DNA of 64,000 nucleotides from an uncultured Candidatus Saccharibacteria bacterium (GCA_964424235.1 CAYRHY010000001.1:2830-66829), one strand, 5' to 3'. Numbered from the stretch's first letter, positions 1 to 10,568 are shown. Numbers and translations: made by a program. Notes: generated from the letters alone by a model not told the origin.

Positions 1-497
1 AGAAGACGACGACAAGGATGAAGGAGGAAAGGCCGCCGAAAAATGCAGAGAGGGTCGAAAAGACTCCTCCAGTGGATGAGCCGAGTGTTGAGGAGATGCT
101 GCGTAACACATCAGCTGAGGTGATTGAATTGAATCCGCTCCATGGCAAGAGTCCATGCGTCACATCGGCCACACTGATGTTGGAAAGCGTATTTGGGAGT
201 TGACTCAAGAAGTTAGCCGCGTCATTTAAGAGCGGTGGCATGAAAATGAGGAGAACACCAAAAAATACTACCGCAATTATCGCGTACATGAGGATAACCG
301 CCACCAGTCGAGAAACTTTGAGCACTCGCCTGAGGCTGCGCACTCCTGGCTCGATCGACGAGGCAATGACTATCGCAGTAAGGAGGATGAGGACAATCTC
401 GCGCAAGTACCACAGAGCAGCAAAAAGCACCAAAAAAAGAATCGTGGTGATAATAGTACCCGAGGTGAGGTTTACCTGTATATCGCGGTCCTTCATA
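1..497 (-). CDS. AI-2E (PerM/UPF0118) family transporter, N-terminal part; the gene runs off the window start
   Basis: Own translation of the minus strand from ATG at 497 gives MKDRDIQVNLTSGTIITTILFLVLFAALWYLREIVLILLTAIVIASSIEPGVRSLRR... with no stop before position 1; hydrophobic TM pattern typical of AI-2E family. Absent from the ORF track because no stop codon lies in the window. Confidence 0.5.
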
Positions 498-500
498 GCC

Positions 501-1925
501 CTATCCTAGCATAGGCGCTATGTGTTTTTTGAGGAATGCGACGAGCTCTGCTATTGATATACGCTCCTGCTCACCCGTATCGCGATTGCGCAGCGTAACA
601 GTGTCCTTATATTCAGGCTTCTCGCCAAGTGTGTCGAAGTCGATAGTGATGCAGTACGGGGTGCCGATTTCATCTTGGCGGCGATAGCGCTTCCCTATAT
701 TGCCGTTGTCATCCCACACAATTTGCGGGATCTCCTTCTTAAGATTGCTGTATACCTCGCGCGCCTTCTCTACCAACTCGGGCTTGTTTTTCAGAAGTGG
801 GAACACCGCGGCTTTAATAGGCGCTACACTCGGCTTAAATTTCAGATATACGCGCTTCTCTCCACCAAGATCGTCTTCTGTATACGCAGAGGCTAAAACC
901 GCCAACAAGGCACGCTCAACACCAAAAGACGGTTCGATAACGTGTGGAATAAATGGCTCCTCCCCTTCTTCTCGATAGGAAAGATCAGCGGTAGAGCCTG
1001 TTTGGTGCGCTGTAAGATCGAAGTTGGTGCGGTATGCCAACCCAAAAAGTTCCTTGCGACCAAATGGAAAATCAAATTCAAAATCTATGGTGCGCTTTGA
1101 GTAATGGGCTCTATCTTCTGCGGCTACTTCAAGCTCATGTACACCCTCCTGTTGTATGCCGATTGCTTGTATAAACTCGTGCACATCCTTGCGCCAGTTT
1201 TCAAAATGTTTTTCCCAACTATCCGGTCGAACAAAGTACTCGACTTCCATCTGTGAAAATTCGCGGGAACGGAATATAAAATCACGTGGCGCAATTTCAT
1301 TGCGAAACGCCTTACCTATCTGGGCGACACCGAACGGCAGCTTTGGGTGAAGCGAATCCAGCACATTCTTAAAGTTCACAAAAATACCTCCTGCTGTTTC
1401 TGGGCGAAGATAGGAGATGGAACCTTCAACCGCTCCGATCTGAGTTTGAAACATCATGTTAAATTGTCGTGGCTGCGTCCAATTATGATGCCCACCAGAA
1501 GGACATTTTATCTTGAGATCATTCAGTATGATTCTTTGCGCTTCTGGATCGGCAGGAAGCACAGAATCACCCTTTACTCGAGCAATAAGAATATCTGCTC
1601 GATCCTTTTGGTGACATTTTTCGCACTCCACAAGCGGGTCAGCAAACCCAGCTACATGACCTGATGATTCCCAAACCTTAGGATGCATGAGGATGGCGGC
1701 GTCTACGCCATACATATCATCACGACTCTCAACAAACATGCGCCACCAGAGGTTTTCAATATTTTTCTTCAGTGCTACGCCAAGCGGACCATAGTCCCAC
1801 GTACCGGCCAGGCCGCCATAAATTTCAGATCCTTGAAATATAAAGCCGCGGCGCTTAGAAAGCGCGACTATTTTCTCCATAGTGTCGTTAGCTGCCATAT
1901 GTGCTACTTTACTGCTTCGGCGCAA
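501..1925 (-). CDS. glyQS: Glycyl-tRNA synthetase, class II homodimeric (alpha2) type
   Basis: 474 aa; MEKIVALSKRRGFIFQGSEIYGG N-terminus, class II motifs and C-terminal anticodon-binding domain typical of archaeal/eukaryal-type GlyRS. True start may be the internal MAANDTMEKIV. Confidence 0.9.
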   Translation of the reverse strand: MRRSSKVAHMAANDTMEKIVALSKRRGFIFQGSEIYGGLAGTWDYGPLGVALKKNIENLWWRMFVESRDDMYGVDAAILMHPKVWESSGHVAGFADPLVECEKCHQKDRADILIARVKGDSVLPADPEAQRIILNDLKIKCPSGGHHNWTQPRQFNMMFQTQIGAVEGSISYLRPETAGGIFVNFKNVLDSLHPKLPFGVAQIGKAFRNEIAPRDFIFRSREFSQMEVEYFVRPDSWEKHFENWRKDVHEFIQAIGIQQEGVHELEVAAEDRAHYSKRTIDFEFDFPFGRKELFGLAYRTNFDLTAHQTGSTADLSYREEGEEPFIPHVIEPSFGVERALLAVLASAYTEDDLGGEKRVYLKFKPSVAPIKAAVFPLLKNKPELVEKAREVYSNLKKEIPQIVWDDNGNIGKRYRRQDEIGTPYCITIDFDTLGEKPEYKDTVTLRNRDTGEQERISIAELVAFLKKHIAPMLG

Positions 1926-3888
1926 TATTTGCCATATTAGCTGTGTAACTTGCAGAGTCTCCTGAAAGCGCAGTGGTTGGTGCAGGCGCGCTCGCAGTGA
2001 TGCCGACTTGTGCGAAACGATCTTGCCCAGTGAACCCCGTTGCGTTCATGAGCACAGGTGTGCCGCCTACCTGTGACGTACTTGGGGTGATAGCAACTTG
2101 GAATGCAGCGCTCTTAGCCGCGGCGCTATAGCCGGTACCCGCCTTAAGGTCTCCCAGGCTCCAGGTCACCGTGCGCGTGCCAGAGTCATAGGTAATACCA
2201 CTTCCCTGCGCTGCCGCAACAAATTGCACATACGGAGGTAGTGTCGCCTGTGCTACTGCGTTTGCAATAGTGTTTGATGAATTTTTTACTGTCCATTGGA
2301 TGGTGTACGTAGTCGTTTTTTCAGCCACCGGCGGCATGGGGCCCGCGTTTTGGAATGGGCCCGAAAAGTGGAGCGCCTGTGCGGTGATACTAGCAGCCGA
2401 AGCGATAGAGGCTTCTATGGTCGCAGCTGAAGAGACTGTTTCGGGCACCCCAGACTGACCTTCGCGCACACCCGACACACCAACATTCAGGCTCACGGTT
2501 GGGTTTACATACACCGTCCCACCCGCACCAGGCGCGAGAGTGGAGAACGTAAACTGCTCAGTGCCCGAGCCTCCCGGCGGGATAGTCGCAAGATTTTGGT
2601 CTTGGTCCTTCGACCAGATGATAGTTTGATTTTGGGATTGATAAAATCCGTTTGCCGCATTTATAGAGTTTGTATCGATCATGGGGCCGGCGAATGAGAG
2701 GTGCAGCTCGAGGTTAGAGACGGGCACCGAAAGATTGTTCTGCCACGTGACGGTACCTTGTACGGTTTGTTGCCCTGCGATAGATACAGACTTCCCTGTC
2801 TTCCCATTGAGCGCGATACTGGTGGTTACGAATGGGCGGTGCACAGTGAGCGTCTGTGGCACAGTAATAAATGGCACTTTGATAGTGGTATCTGTCGCAT
2901 CCGCGACCGGTCCCGTCACAAAACGAAATACGCGCTCCTCACCATCTTGTCCATCAATAGTGCCGGTGAGATGTATTGTTTTGGTATCACCAGGTTGTAG
3001 AGTGCCCAGGCGCCACATAGTGCCACCTGTGTCTGCCGCTGGGTTGGTAGCAATAACAGAGAATCCAAATGGATACTGCCCTTGGAGCACCACATCAGCT
3101 ATAGGCGAGGTTGCGTTACTGGTTACCGTAACGTCCATGCTAAATTGCTCGCCGGAGATAGCCTCAGCGGGTGCATCAACTGAAATTGATACAGGCGAAG
3201 AGCCTAGCGTGAAATTTGCTTCGGCCGGTTTTTGAAAAATAGAGTTAGAGCCAGGCACCGTGTACGAAAGGTTTACACTCAATTTTTGTGATGAACCTTC
3301 TTTGCCATAAAACACAGCAGTTGCCGTGCGCTTAATTTGTTGACCTGGTGATAGTGCGCCGATTGAAATCTTGTCGTGGTTAAGTGGTTTTGACTGGTCG
3401 TTTGGGTCACGCGTACCCTCTGGATAGTCAATAGAAAGCTCAGCCGTCTGCAGCGGTGACTGGTTACGATTATCGATAATAATTTCAAAGGTCGCCGGCT
3501 TCCCACCATCGATAATCGAAGAGGAGATAACTTGCACATCAATATTTTTTGGTGAAATAGTGTTTCCTCCATAAAAAATGATATACCCCGCGGCTCCACA
3601 GGCAGTCAAAAAGAAGAGGAGTGACGTAATGAAGAACTTCACCGCAAATGACATACCTTTCTTTTTCATATCAACGGGGCGCAGCGTGTCGACATCAATC
3701 GGCCGCGAGCCTGCACTCTCTATTGTAGTATCCTTCCAAGCTACCGGCGGATGAATATCTTGCATCGGTGAGAGCGGCGAGCGTTCATCAGGGTTTGCCG
3801 CAGCAGGTTTTTCACGCGAATAGAGAGCGTCTTTAAGCTCCTCTATTGAGTCTTTCTTCTTGTCCCCCTTACCTGGCGCCATACACAA
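1909..3888 (-). CDS. Large membrane-anchored surface protein with repeated beta-rich extracellular domains (hypothetical)
   Basis: 659 aa; N-terminal cytoplasmic tail then one TM helix (FFITSLLFFLTACGAAGYIIF), followed by long Thr/Ser/Gly-rich repeated segments; no catalytic motif recognised. Confidence 0.45.
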   Translation of the reverse strand: MCMAPGKGDKKKDSIEELKDALYSREKPAAANPDERSPLSPMQDIHPPVAWKDTTIESAGSRPIDVDTLRPVDMKKKGMSFAVKFFITSLLFFLTACGAAGYIIFYGGNTISPKNIDVQVISSSIIDGGKPATFEIIIDNRNQSPLQTAELSIDYPEGTRDPNDQSKPLNHDKISIGALSPGQQIKRTATAVFYGKEGSSQKLSVNLSYTVPGSNSIFQKPAEANFTLGSSPVSISVDAPAEAISGEQFSMDVTVTSNATSPIADVVLQGQYPFGFSVIATNPAADTGGTMWRLGTLQPGDTKTIHLTGTIDGQDGEERVFRFVTGPVADATDTTIKVPFITVPQTLTVHRPFVTTSIALNGKTGKSVSIAGQQTVQGTVTWQNNLSVPVSNLELHLSFAGPMIDTNSINAANGFYQSQNQTIIWSKDQDQNLATIPPGGSGTEQFTFSTLAPGAGGTVYVNPTVSLNVGVSGVREGQSGVPETVSSAATIEASIASAASITAQALHFSGPFQNAGPMPPVAEKTTTYTIQWTVKNSSNTIANAVAQATLPPYVQFVAAAQGSGITYDSGTRTVTWSLGDLKAGTGYSAAAKSAAFQVAITPSTSQVGGTPVLMNATGFTGQDRFAQVGITASAPAPTTALSGDSASYTANMANIAPKQ

Positions 3889-3900
3889 AAGTATACACGA

Positions 3901-4473
3901 CTAGAGCCCTGTAGCGCTCAGAGAAGCATTGATGATGCGCACGAGCGCGCTGCGCGTAGCATGCGCCTGCGAGAGCGTCTCTAAGGAGTAACTATCTTCA
4001 AGCAAAAATGGTGCTAATTCTGCAGAGTGCGGCACATACCCCAGACTAGCAAGAAGACGAAGCACGAGTACACACTCAAGTGCCTGAAGATCTTCAGGGG
4101 GAGCTTTTGCGAGTGCTAAAAACCCATTAACAGTGAGTGCGAAAAGTTCTGGAGACTGCTCTTCCCCACGTACCAAGCGCAAGAGCAACCGCGCAACCTT
4201 TCCCTGCCCCGCAGTAGCACCCCCCACAGCTGCAATGTGTTCGATATGCTCAACACCAGTGAGTTTCCAGTCGTGTTTACCGCGAACCAAACTATAACGC
4301 GCGAGTGTAAGCGGCTCGAGTCCATAGCGCAATTTCGACACCTCTTTGCGCGCGGAGCGCGCGGAGGCACGCACAAGCCCCAACTCCTCGGTCAGAAGTG
4401 CAATCTGTGTATTAGATTCTCCTGCGCCGCGCTTTCCTAACACCACCCCACGCGTCACGTGTATCTTATGCAT
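3901..4473 (-). CDS. recO: DNA repair protein RecO-like (short form)
   Basis: 190 aa; N-terminal OB-fold signature GVVLGKRGAGESNTQIALLTEELGLVRASARSARK resembles RecO N-terminal domain; stop overlaps ileS start region. Confidence 0.5.
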   Translation of the reverse strand: MHKIHVTRGVVLGKRGAGESNTQIALLTEELGLVRASARSARKEVSKLRYGLEPLTLARYSLVRGKHDWKLTGVEHIEHIAAVGGATAGQGKVARLLLRLVRGEEQSPELFALTVNGFLALAKAPPEDLQALECVLVLRLLASLGYVPHSAELAPFLLEDSYSLETLSQAHATRSALVRIINASLSATGL

Positions 4474-7400
4474 CCTTCTCCAGAGTCAGCGTGAAGGGAA
4501 ACGGCGCAAATGTTTTTTCACCACCCGCTTCAACCGAGATACTGTCGAGATTCGTCTCTTCAACAATAATATTCTCAAACTTCTCAAAAAACTGCTCTCC
4601 CTCTAGCGTGGTTGCGACGGTGAGGCGCGGGCGGTCAGCAATCGTGAGTTTTTCTTGCTTGCGTAAATCTTGAATAGCGCGGATAAGGTCACGCAGCAAC
4701 CCCTCTTCACGCAACTCATCGGTGAGCGTAGTGTCGAGCAGTACTTCTTCCTTCCCTGTTTTTGTATCAACACACACCTCTTTAACATTCACTTCGTCAG
4801 ACAAAATATCCAGTAGTGTGTCTTTGCTGGTGAATGATTGCTCGCCAATAGTAAGTGTCGCGAGTGGCTGGCGGATCTTTATACTTGCTTTCTCCCGCAA
4901 CTGCAGTGCTTGTGATGCTATGATGCGCACCTTTTTCATATCTTCCAGCAGTGTGCTATCTATTTTTGATGCCTCAGGCCACTGCGTCAGGTGCACACTC
5001 ACTGGGTCTTGTGAATCCTTCATGCGCTGATATAAATCTTCCGCATAAAACGGCATGACTGGAGCCATCACACGAGCGACTGTACAGAGTACATAGCGTA
5101 GTGTTGCAAGTGCTTCGTCTTTTTCCTTCCCTTCGTCTTTGAAACGATCGCGTGAACGGCGTAGATACCAGGTCGAAAGATCATCAACAAATTGCATGAG
5201 TGGTCGCGTCGCCACATCAAGTTCATACGCTTCAAACCCTGCAGTGGTATCACGGATCAACTCACCCAAACGCGAGAGCACCCAACGGTCGAGCGTATTT
5301 TCGGAAGGAGAAGATTCTACTTCCTTTTTTGAAGCATACAGCTCATAAAAGCTGCGTACATTATCAAGACGCATGAGGAGTTTTTTAGACACTTCCTCTA
5401 CCCCGCGCGCCGAGAAACGCAGATCCTCACCACGAATAACCGCTGATGAGAGGAGATAGTAGCGCATGGAGTCTGCCCCGAAGCGCTCAACCAACTCCAT
5501 AGGGTCAGGATAATTTTTTAATCGCTTACTCATTTTTTGACCATCCTCGGCGAGCACCAAACCATTCGTGACCACCGCCTTGTATGGGCTCTTTCCAAAC
5601 AATGCCACGCCAAGCACGATGAGCGAATAGAACCAACCGCGCGTTTGATCGATCGACTCAGCAATGAAGTTCGCTGGATATCCTTTCGCAAACAATCCGA
5701 AACCTCTCTTTGGGTTAAACTCATCGGTAGTGTGTGGATAGTGATGCGACGCAAATGGCATCGACCCACTTTCAAACCAGCAGTCAAACACATCAAGCAC
5801 CCGCTTCCATTCACCGCCAATAGCATCACCCAAAGGCACCTCATCAATGTACGGTCGGTGCAAATCAAGCTCAAACTTATCATTGCGCGGATAGGAAATG
5901 AATTCCAGTTCACGCCATGACGCTGGATCGAGTTTAGCCTCGTGCTTGATCTTGTGATGCGGGGTGCGGGTCGCGACCTTCTCCATTAGCCATGTCGGTA
6001 CCCCGTGCGAGACGATGAGAATATTTTTTGCAGTGTAGCGACGCTCAATGTCAAAAAGGAAATCACCCACCCGTGCATAGACCTGCGCATACGTCTCACC
6101 GCCAACCGCAGCCTTATTAAATTTGTCCGACAGTGTTGCAAAAATAGCTTGCCACTGTGCTATCGGTGCGCCATTCTTCTCGCCAAAGTGCACCTCCGCC
6201 AGGCGTGTATCGGTCATGATAGCTGACGACGCGAGCCCCAACTCTTTTGCTACGAGCTTTGCTGTTTCTTGCGCACGCGCGATAGGAGACGCAACGATCA
6301 TCGTGATGCCCGCGCCTTTAAGCTCACCTGCTGTTTTACGCACCATCTCTTTTCCTTTTTCGGTAAGATGATTTTCAATATCATTAGTCGAATTTACAAA
6401 TCCTTCGACATTACTGCGCGCTTCACCGTGACGCATCATGAAGTAGCGATTCCCGGAGCGGCGCACCATAGAGAGGAGCTCATCAACCGAGCCCACCGCT
6501 TTTACCTCTTTCGTTTTAGTGTTGCGCCACACCGGGATAGGTGCGCCCCAATAGCGGCTGCGCGAAATGGCCCAATCCGGAGCGCTCTGTAGACCATTAT
6601 TGAAACGGCCGCGCCCAATATGCTCAGGCACCCAATGGACTTTTGCGTTTTCATCAATGAGATCTTTTTTGATTTTCTGTACATCAACAAACCACGAGTT
6701 TGCTGCCCAATTTAAGAGCGGTGTGTCGCAGCGCCAACAATGTGGGTAGGAGTGTGTGAGTGTTTCGTGTTTAAAAAGTCGGCCACTGTTCTGGAGATGT
6801 TCGACAATTTTTTGATCGGTCTCTTTGTGACGACCTTTTGGTTTAACCGGAAGCCCCCCAAAATCGGTAACCGCAGGAATAAACTTCCCGTCTTCCCCCA
6901 CATGATGAATGAGCGGGATTTTTTCTTTCTGTGCTAGCTCAAGATCTTCAGCACCATACGCGGGGGCGAGGTGCACCACGCCCGTACCGTCCGTGAGTGT
7001 GACATACGGTGCGGCGTACACCTTCCATGCATGGGTCTTGTGCTTGTGGAGTGCTTCGCGGAAATAGTTAAACGGCGGTTCATACGACATCCCAACCAAC
7101 TCTGAACCCAACACTTCACCCTCTGTCTCTGCTGCATCACCAAACACCTTGGATACCAACTCTTTGGCAACCACTAAAAACTCCTCACCCACCCGCACCT
7201 TCACATACGCAGCATCTTTATTGACCGCGGCGGCAACATTGCCCGGCAAGGTCCATGGTGTCGTCGTCCACACCAACAACGATGTGCCTGGCTCATCAAT
7301 CAGCGGCAATTTTACAAACACCGCAATATCTTCAATGTCTTGATATCCAAGCGCCACCTCAAAGTTTGAAAGAGTCGTGCCGCAACGTGGACACAAGTGC

Positions 7401-8011
7401 ATCGCTTTGAATCCTTCGTATACAAGCTCACGATCATAGAGATTCTTAAACGCCCACCACACCGACTCGGTATAGGAGGCATCCATCGTTTTGTAGTCGT
7501 GTTCCATGTCGGCCCAACGACCCATGCGCGGGATGATGCGGCGCCAATCGGCCACATCTTTCATGATACTTTCGCGCGCAGCAGCATTAAATTTTGCTAT
7601 GCCATACTCTTCGATGTCGCGCTTCGATTTAAATCCAAGCTCTTTCTCAACTAGGTTTTCAACTGGGAGTCCGTGACAATCCCACCCCCACTGGCGTGCA
7701 ACATGATACCCCTGCATGGTGCGGTAGCGCGGGATAGCATCTTTGAGTGCTGACTGCAGCAGGTGGCCATAGTGGGGCAACCCGTTGGCAAATGGTGGGC
7801 CATCATAAAACACATATTCACCTTTGGGCGCCTTTTTTTGGAGCGACTGTTCAAATATCTTCTCACGGTTCCAAAACGCGAGCACTTCCTCCTCACGCGC
7901 TGCAAGCGCCGACTTCGGCTTCTCAGCCTCGTGGTGAAGCTCCTCACCCCCCTGCTTCCTGTCATCTACCATATAAAAAAGACTATACGCGAAATGAGCC
8001 TCCTTATCCAC
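4466..8011 (-). CDS. ileS: Isoleucyl-tRNA synthetase, type 2 (eukaryote-like), with an inserted histidine-phosphatase (PGAM-like) domain
   Basis: 1181 aa; YDGPPFANGLPHYGH (HIGH), WGWDCHGLPVE, editing domain, DWAISRSRYWGAPIPVW, DVFDCWFESGSMP, KMSKR. Between PIPVW (residue ~495) and DVFDCWFESG (residue ~740) lies ~190 aa with RHG (FMMRHGEARSN) and IVSHG motifs of the histidine phosphatase superfamily. Confidence 0.9.
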   Translation of the reverse strand: MDKEAHFAYSLFYMVDDRKQGGEELHHEAEKPKSALAAREEEVLAFWNREKIFEQSLQKKAPKGEYVFYDGPPFANGLPHYGHLLQSALKDAIPRYRTMQGYHVARQWGWDCHGLPVENLVEKELGFKSKRDIEEYGIAKFNAAARESIMKDVADWRRIIPRMGRWADMEHDYKTMDASYTESVWWAFKNLYDRELVYEGFKAMHLCPRCGTTLSNFEVALGYQDIEDIAVFVKLPLIDEPGTSLLVWTTTPWTLPGNVAAAVNKDAAYVKVRVGEEFLVVAKELVSKVFGDAAETEGEVLGSELVGMSYEPPFNYFREALHKHKTHAWKVYAAPYVTLTDGTGVVHLAPAYGAEDLELAQKEKIPLIHHVGEDGKFIPAVTDFGGLPVKPKGRHKETDQKIVEHLQNSGRLFKHETLTHSYPHCWRCDTPLLNWAANSWFVDVQKIKKDLIDENAKVHWVPEHIGRGRFNNGLQSAPDWAISRSRYWGAPIPVWRNTKTKEVKAVGSVDELLSMVRRSGNRYFMMRHGEARSNVEGFVNSTNDIENHLTEKGKEMVRKTAGELKGAGITMIVASPIARAQETAKLVAKELGLASSAIMTDTRLAEVHFGEKNGAPIAQWQAIFATLSDKFNKAAVGGETYAQVYARVGDFLFDIERRYTAKNILIVSHGVPTWLMEKVATRTPHHKIKHEAKLDPASWRELEFISYPRNDKFELDLHRPYIDEVPLGDAIGGEWKRVLDVFDCWFESGSMPFASHHYPHTTDEFNPKRGFGLFAKGYPANFIAESIDQTRGWFYSLIVLGVALFGKSPYKAVVTNGLVLAEDGQKMSKRLKNYPDPMELVERFGADSMRYYLLSSAVIRGEDLRFSARGVEEVSKKLLMRLDNVRSFYELYASKKEVESSPSENTLDRWVLSRLGELIRDTTAGFEAYELDVATRPLMQFVDDLSTWYLRRSRDRFKDEGKEKDEALATLRYVLCTVARVMAPVMPFYAEDLYQRMKDSQDPVSVHLTQWPEASKIDSTLLEDMKKVRIIASQALQLREKASIKIRQPLATLTIGEQSFTSKDTLLDILSDEVNVKEVCVDTKTGKEEVLLDTTLTDELREEGLLRDLIRAIQDLRKQEKLTIADRPRLTVATTLEGEQFFEKFENIIVEETNLDSISVEAGGEKTFAPFPFTLTLEKDA

Positions 8012-8101
8012 TTTTCATTTCCCCTACAGTTTGGTTAGGTGCACACAGTACGACCTTTGATGGGTAGGTCTCTAGCATGCACACATGCTGACCCTGGGTT
8101 T

Positions 8102-8141
8102 CTTTTTTTATAAAAACAATTCCCGCCATTGCGGGCGGGAA
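8102..8141 (-). terminator. Rho-independent terminator downstream of the 8148-8513 gene, upstream of ileS
   Basis: 8-bp GC stem TTCCCGCC/GGCGGGAA (8120-8141) followed on the minus strand by UUGUUUUUAUAAAAAAAGA. Confidence 0.5.
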
Positions 8142-8147
8142 GAGTTA

Positions 8148-8513
8148 TCAGGCTACGCCAACCTGAAGCAACTGGTGCACTTTAGCTGGAGCATAGCGTT
8201 CAAGCCAATACGCGATGAGGGTGTCTAATTCAACCTCGTTAACAAGAAGACACATAGAGCTGCCACAAAAAATCCTCACGAGCGGGACACTGTTAAAACA
8301 TTCAAGCTCGGCACGTATTCTGCCTATTTGCATAGCTTGCTCTAGGGTTTGAGGTAAGGGAAGACCCGACCTGTTGTGTAAACATGCGGCAAGTCCATAC
8401 AGTTCCCCGGGCTGAAATGAAAGAGTGACTTCACGCCGAGCTACATCTATCCACAATGTGCCACCTATATTTTTTTCCGTGTGCGCATAGTTGGCAACCA
8501 CTTTTGGCGTCAT
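8148..8513 (-). CDS. Hypothetical protein
   Basis: 121 aa ORF with plausible composition, terminator immediately downstream; no motif recognised. Confidence 0.35.
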   Translation of the reverse strand: MTPKVVANYAHTEKNIGGTLWIDVARREVTLSFQPGELYGLAACLHNRSGLPLPQTLEQAMQIGRIRAELECFNSVPLVRIFCGSSMCLLVNEVELDTLIAYWLERYAPAKVHQLLQVGVA

Positions 8514-8584
8514 GAATTCCTCCCAGTTTTATCCTCCACTCTTACTTAACTACCGTATCGCTTGAGAGTCAACAAACAGCACCT

Positions 8585-10552
8585 TTACATCTCCTCAGGC
8601 GTGGGGATGCCTAGCAGTGTGAGACCTTTTTGCATAGTTTGCTCAAATGCTTTCGTGAGTAGTACAGCGTACTCTTGCTCGGGACTTCCAATGACACGCT
8701 CAGCCGCATACCATGAGTTAAAAAGCGAAGCGAGCTCAGTGAGGAAGGTCGTAACATAGTGCGGCTCAAGCTCGCGCGCAGCGCGGGCAACCACTTCAGG
8801 GAAATGGATGAGAGTGCGTTCGAGCGAAGAACGCTCCAGCGACTGAGCCGCAGACTCAGAACGCTCGAGACCCGAAGCAGCAAAAGCGGGTGCCGTCGCG
8901 TCCCCTTGTTGACCTGCAGCAGAGGCACCTGTTTTTGCTGCGTCACTTTTTGCTTCAAAACCTTCAGCTTTTCGCAGCAGCGAGCGAGCGCGTGTGAGCG
9001 CATATTGGAGATAGGGCCCCGAGTCGCCTTCAAGAGAGAGCGATTTCTCGGGGTCAAAGACAATATCCTTCCCGCTCCCCTGTTTCAGGACCGCAAATTT
9101 AACCGCACCTACCGCCACCTGCTGTGCGATCTTGTTTGCATCCTTTAATTCACGCCCGTGCATCCTCTCTTTGGACGCTTCGGTTAAATCATTGAGTAAT
9201 GACTCGCCGGTAATCACATTTCCTTTGCGCGACGACATCTTTCCTGACGCAAATCGCATCATGCCGTGAGAAACATGCTGCGTTTTGTTTGCAATATCCT
9301 GTACTTCGGGTAACTCTTTTGCCGCAGCGAGCATAACTTTAAAATAATCATTCTGCTCGTTAGCAGTAATGGTTATTGAAAGGTCAAGACTGGGCTCAGT
9401 TTCTTTTTTTAATTGCAAAAGGCCTAGATCTTTCGCCTCGTAAGTGGGCGTATTATGAGAGGTTATAAATACACGAGTATGCAACCCAACTCTTTCTCCT
9501 TTAAAAACAATAGCACCTTTACTTTCTTCAAAAACATCCCCGATGTGTTTTTTTACGAGCATCAAACCTTCGGGGGTAGATTTACTTTCGAAAAAGAAAT
9601 GTTCGAACTCAGTTCCAAGAATCTTATATAGTTTTTCGAAATGCTCTAAGGAAACATTTCTCCCATCCCTATATATCAACAGAAGCTCCGAGTTACTAAC
9701 CTCTTTATTTTCTTGTTCCTCAGCTAAAACTTTATAGATTTCTCGATTAAGATCATCTATCTCTTTCTTAGCTCCACTATCGGGCATCTCATACCAAGCA
9801 TTGCCAAACTGATAAAAAATATCCCAATTATTTTTTATATATGCATCTGGTGTCTCTCCTAAATGGAAATTGGTGGGTCTATTTTTTAGATCCATCATAT
9901 CCTTGTGCTGGCAACCCCAAATTGCTTTGGCGACATGCAAACCAACATCACCCTGATAGTTCACGCGTATAACGTTTGCCCCAGCAGCTTCAAGTGTTCG
10001 TGCAATAGCCTCGCCAATTGCGTTGCTCATCAAGTGGCCTATGTGAAATTTTTTAAATGGGTTTGGGTCAGTGTATTCCACCATCACCGTTTTGCCAGCA
10101 TAGATAGCATTGTTTGCCCAGTCGTCTTTTGTTGCAGCATCAGCAATCTCTTTTGTAACTGTCTTTTTTGATAGATAAAAATTGATGAAACCAGGGCCTG
10201 CGATTTCTATTTTTTCAATAACGGAGTGAAAAATTTCTTGAGAAAATGTCTGGAAGCCTACAGCGCTGCTTTCTGCGCTGAGGCGGCCCGAGGACTTTTC
10301 GGAAAGAAGTTTTTCACGAAGTTCTTGTGCAAGTTCTTTAGGATTTTTACCTACTTTTTTACTCGCCACGAGCGCAACGTTGGTTGCATAGTCGCCATGA
10401 GAAAGATCACTAGGACGCTCAACCACAAAATCCACCTCAAAGATACCGAGCTCCGCGAGTGCCTGTTTAACTGCTTGGGAAATCTGCTCCTGCATAGTGC
10501 TTACACTATCAGAAACCGGCCCGTATAAAAAGATAGAGGCCAGGTTGTACAA
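8585..10552 (-). CDS. argS: Arginyl-tRNA synthetase
   Basis: 655 aa; PNPFKKFHIGHLMSNAIGEAIAR (HIGH region), class I catalytic core, C-terminal DALR anticodon-binding domain; low-complexity Ala/Ser/Glu insert before the DALR domain. Likely true start MQEQISQAVK near 10495. Confidence 0.9.
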   Translation of the reverse strand: MYNLASIFLYGPVSDSVSTMQEQISQAVKQALAELGIFEVDFVVERPSDLSHGDYATNVALVASKKVGKNPKELAQELREKLLSEKSSGRLSAESSAVGFQTFSQEIFHSVIEKIEIAGPGFINFYLSKKTVTKEIADAATKDDWANNAIYAGKTVMVEYTDPNPFKKFHIGHLMSNAIGEAIARTLEAAGANVIRVNYQGDVGLHVAKAIWGCQHKDMMDLKNRPTNFHLGETPDAYIKNNWDIFYQFGNAWYEMPDSGAKKEIDDLNREIYKVLAEEQENKEVSNSELLLIYRDGRNVSLEHFEKLYKILGTEFEHFFFESKSTPEGLMLVKKHIGDVFEESKGAIVFKGERVGLHTRVFITSHNTPTYEAKDLGLLQLKKETEPSLDLSITITANEQNDYFKVMLAAAKELPEVQDIANKTQHVSHGMMRFASGKMSSRKGNVITGESLLNDLTEASKERMHGRELKDANKIAQQVAVGAVKFAVLKQGSGKDIVFDPEKSLSLEGDSGPYLQYALTRARSLLRKAEGFEAKSDAAKTGASAAGQQGDATAPAFAASGLERSESAAQSLERSSLERTLIHFPEVVARAARELEPHYVTTFLTELASLFNSWYAAERVIGSPEQEYAVLLTKAFEQTMQKGLTLLGIPTPEEM

Positions 10553-10568
10553 CCTGGCCCGAACACGC

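Noticed and set aside
222-509. ORFs 222-413 (-) and 240-509 (+)
   Set aside because: Both overlap a much more convincing minus-strand reading frame (1-497) whose translation is a typical AI-2E transporter N-terminus; their translations are low-complexity.
2681-3235. 184-aa plus-strand ORF inside the 1909-3888 gene
   Set aside because: Antisense shadow ORF of a long Thr/Ser/Gly-rich gene; Cys/Val/Pro-rich translation without features.
8585-9063. 150-aa ORF overlapping the argS 3' end in another frame
   Set aside because: Arg/Leu/Ser-rich shadow frame of argS.
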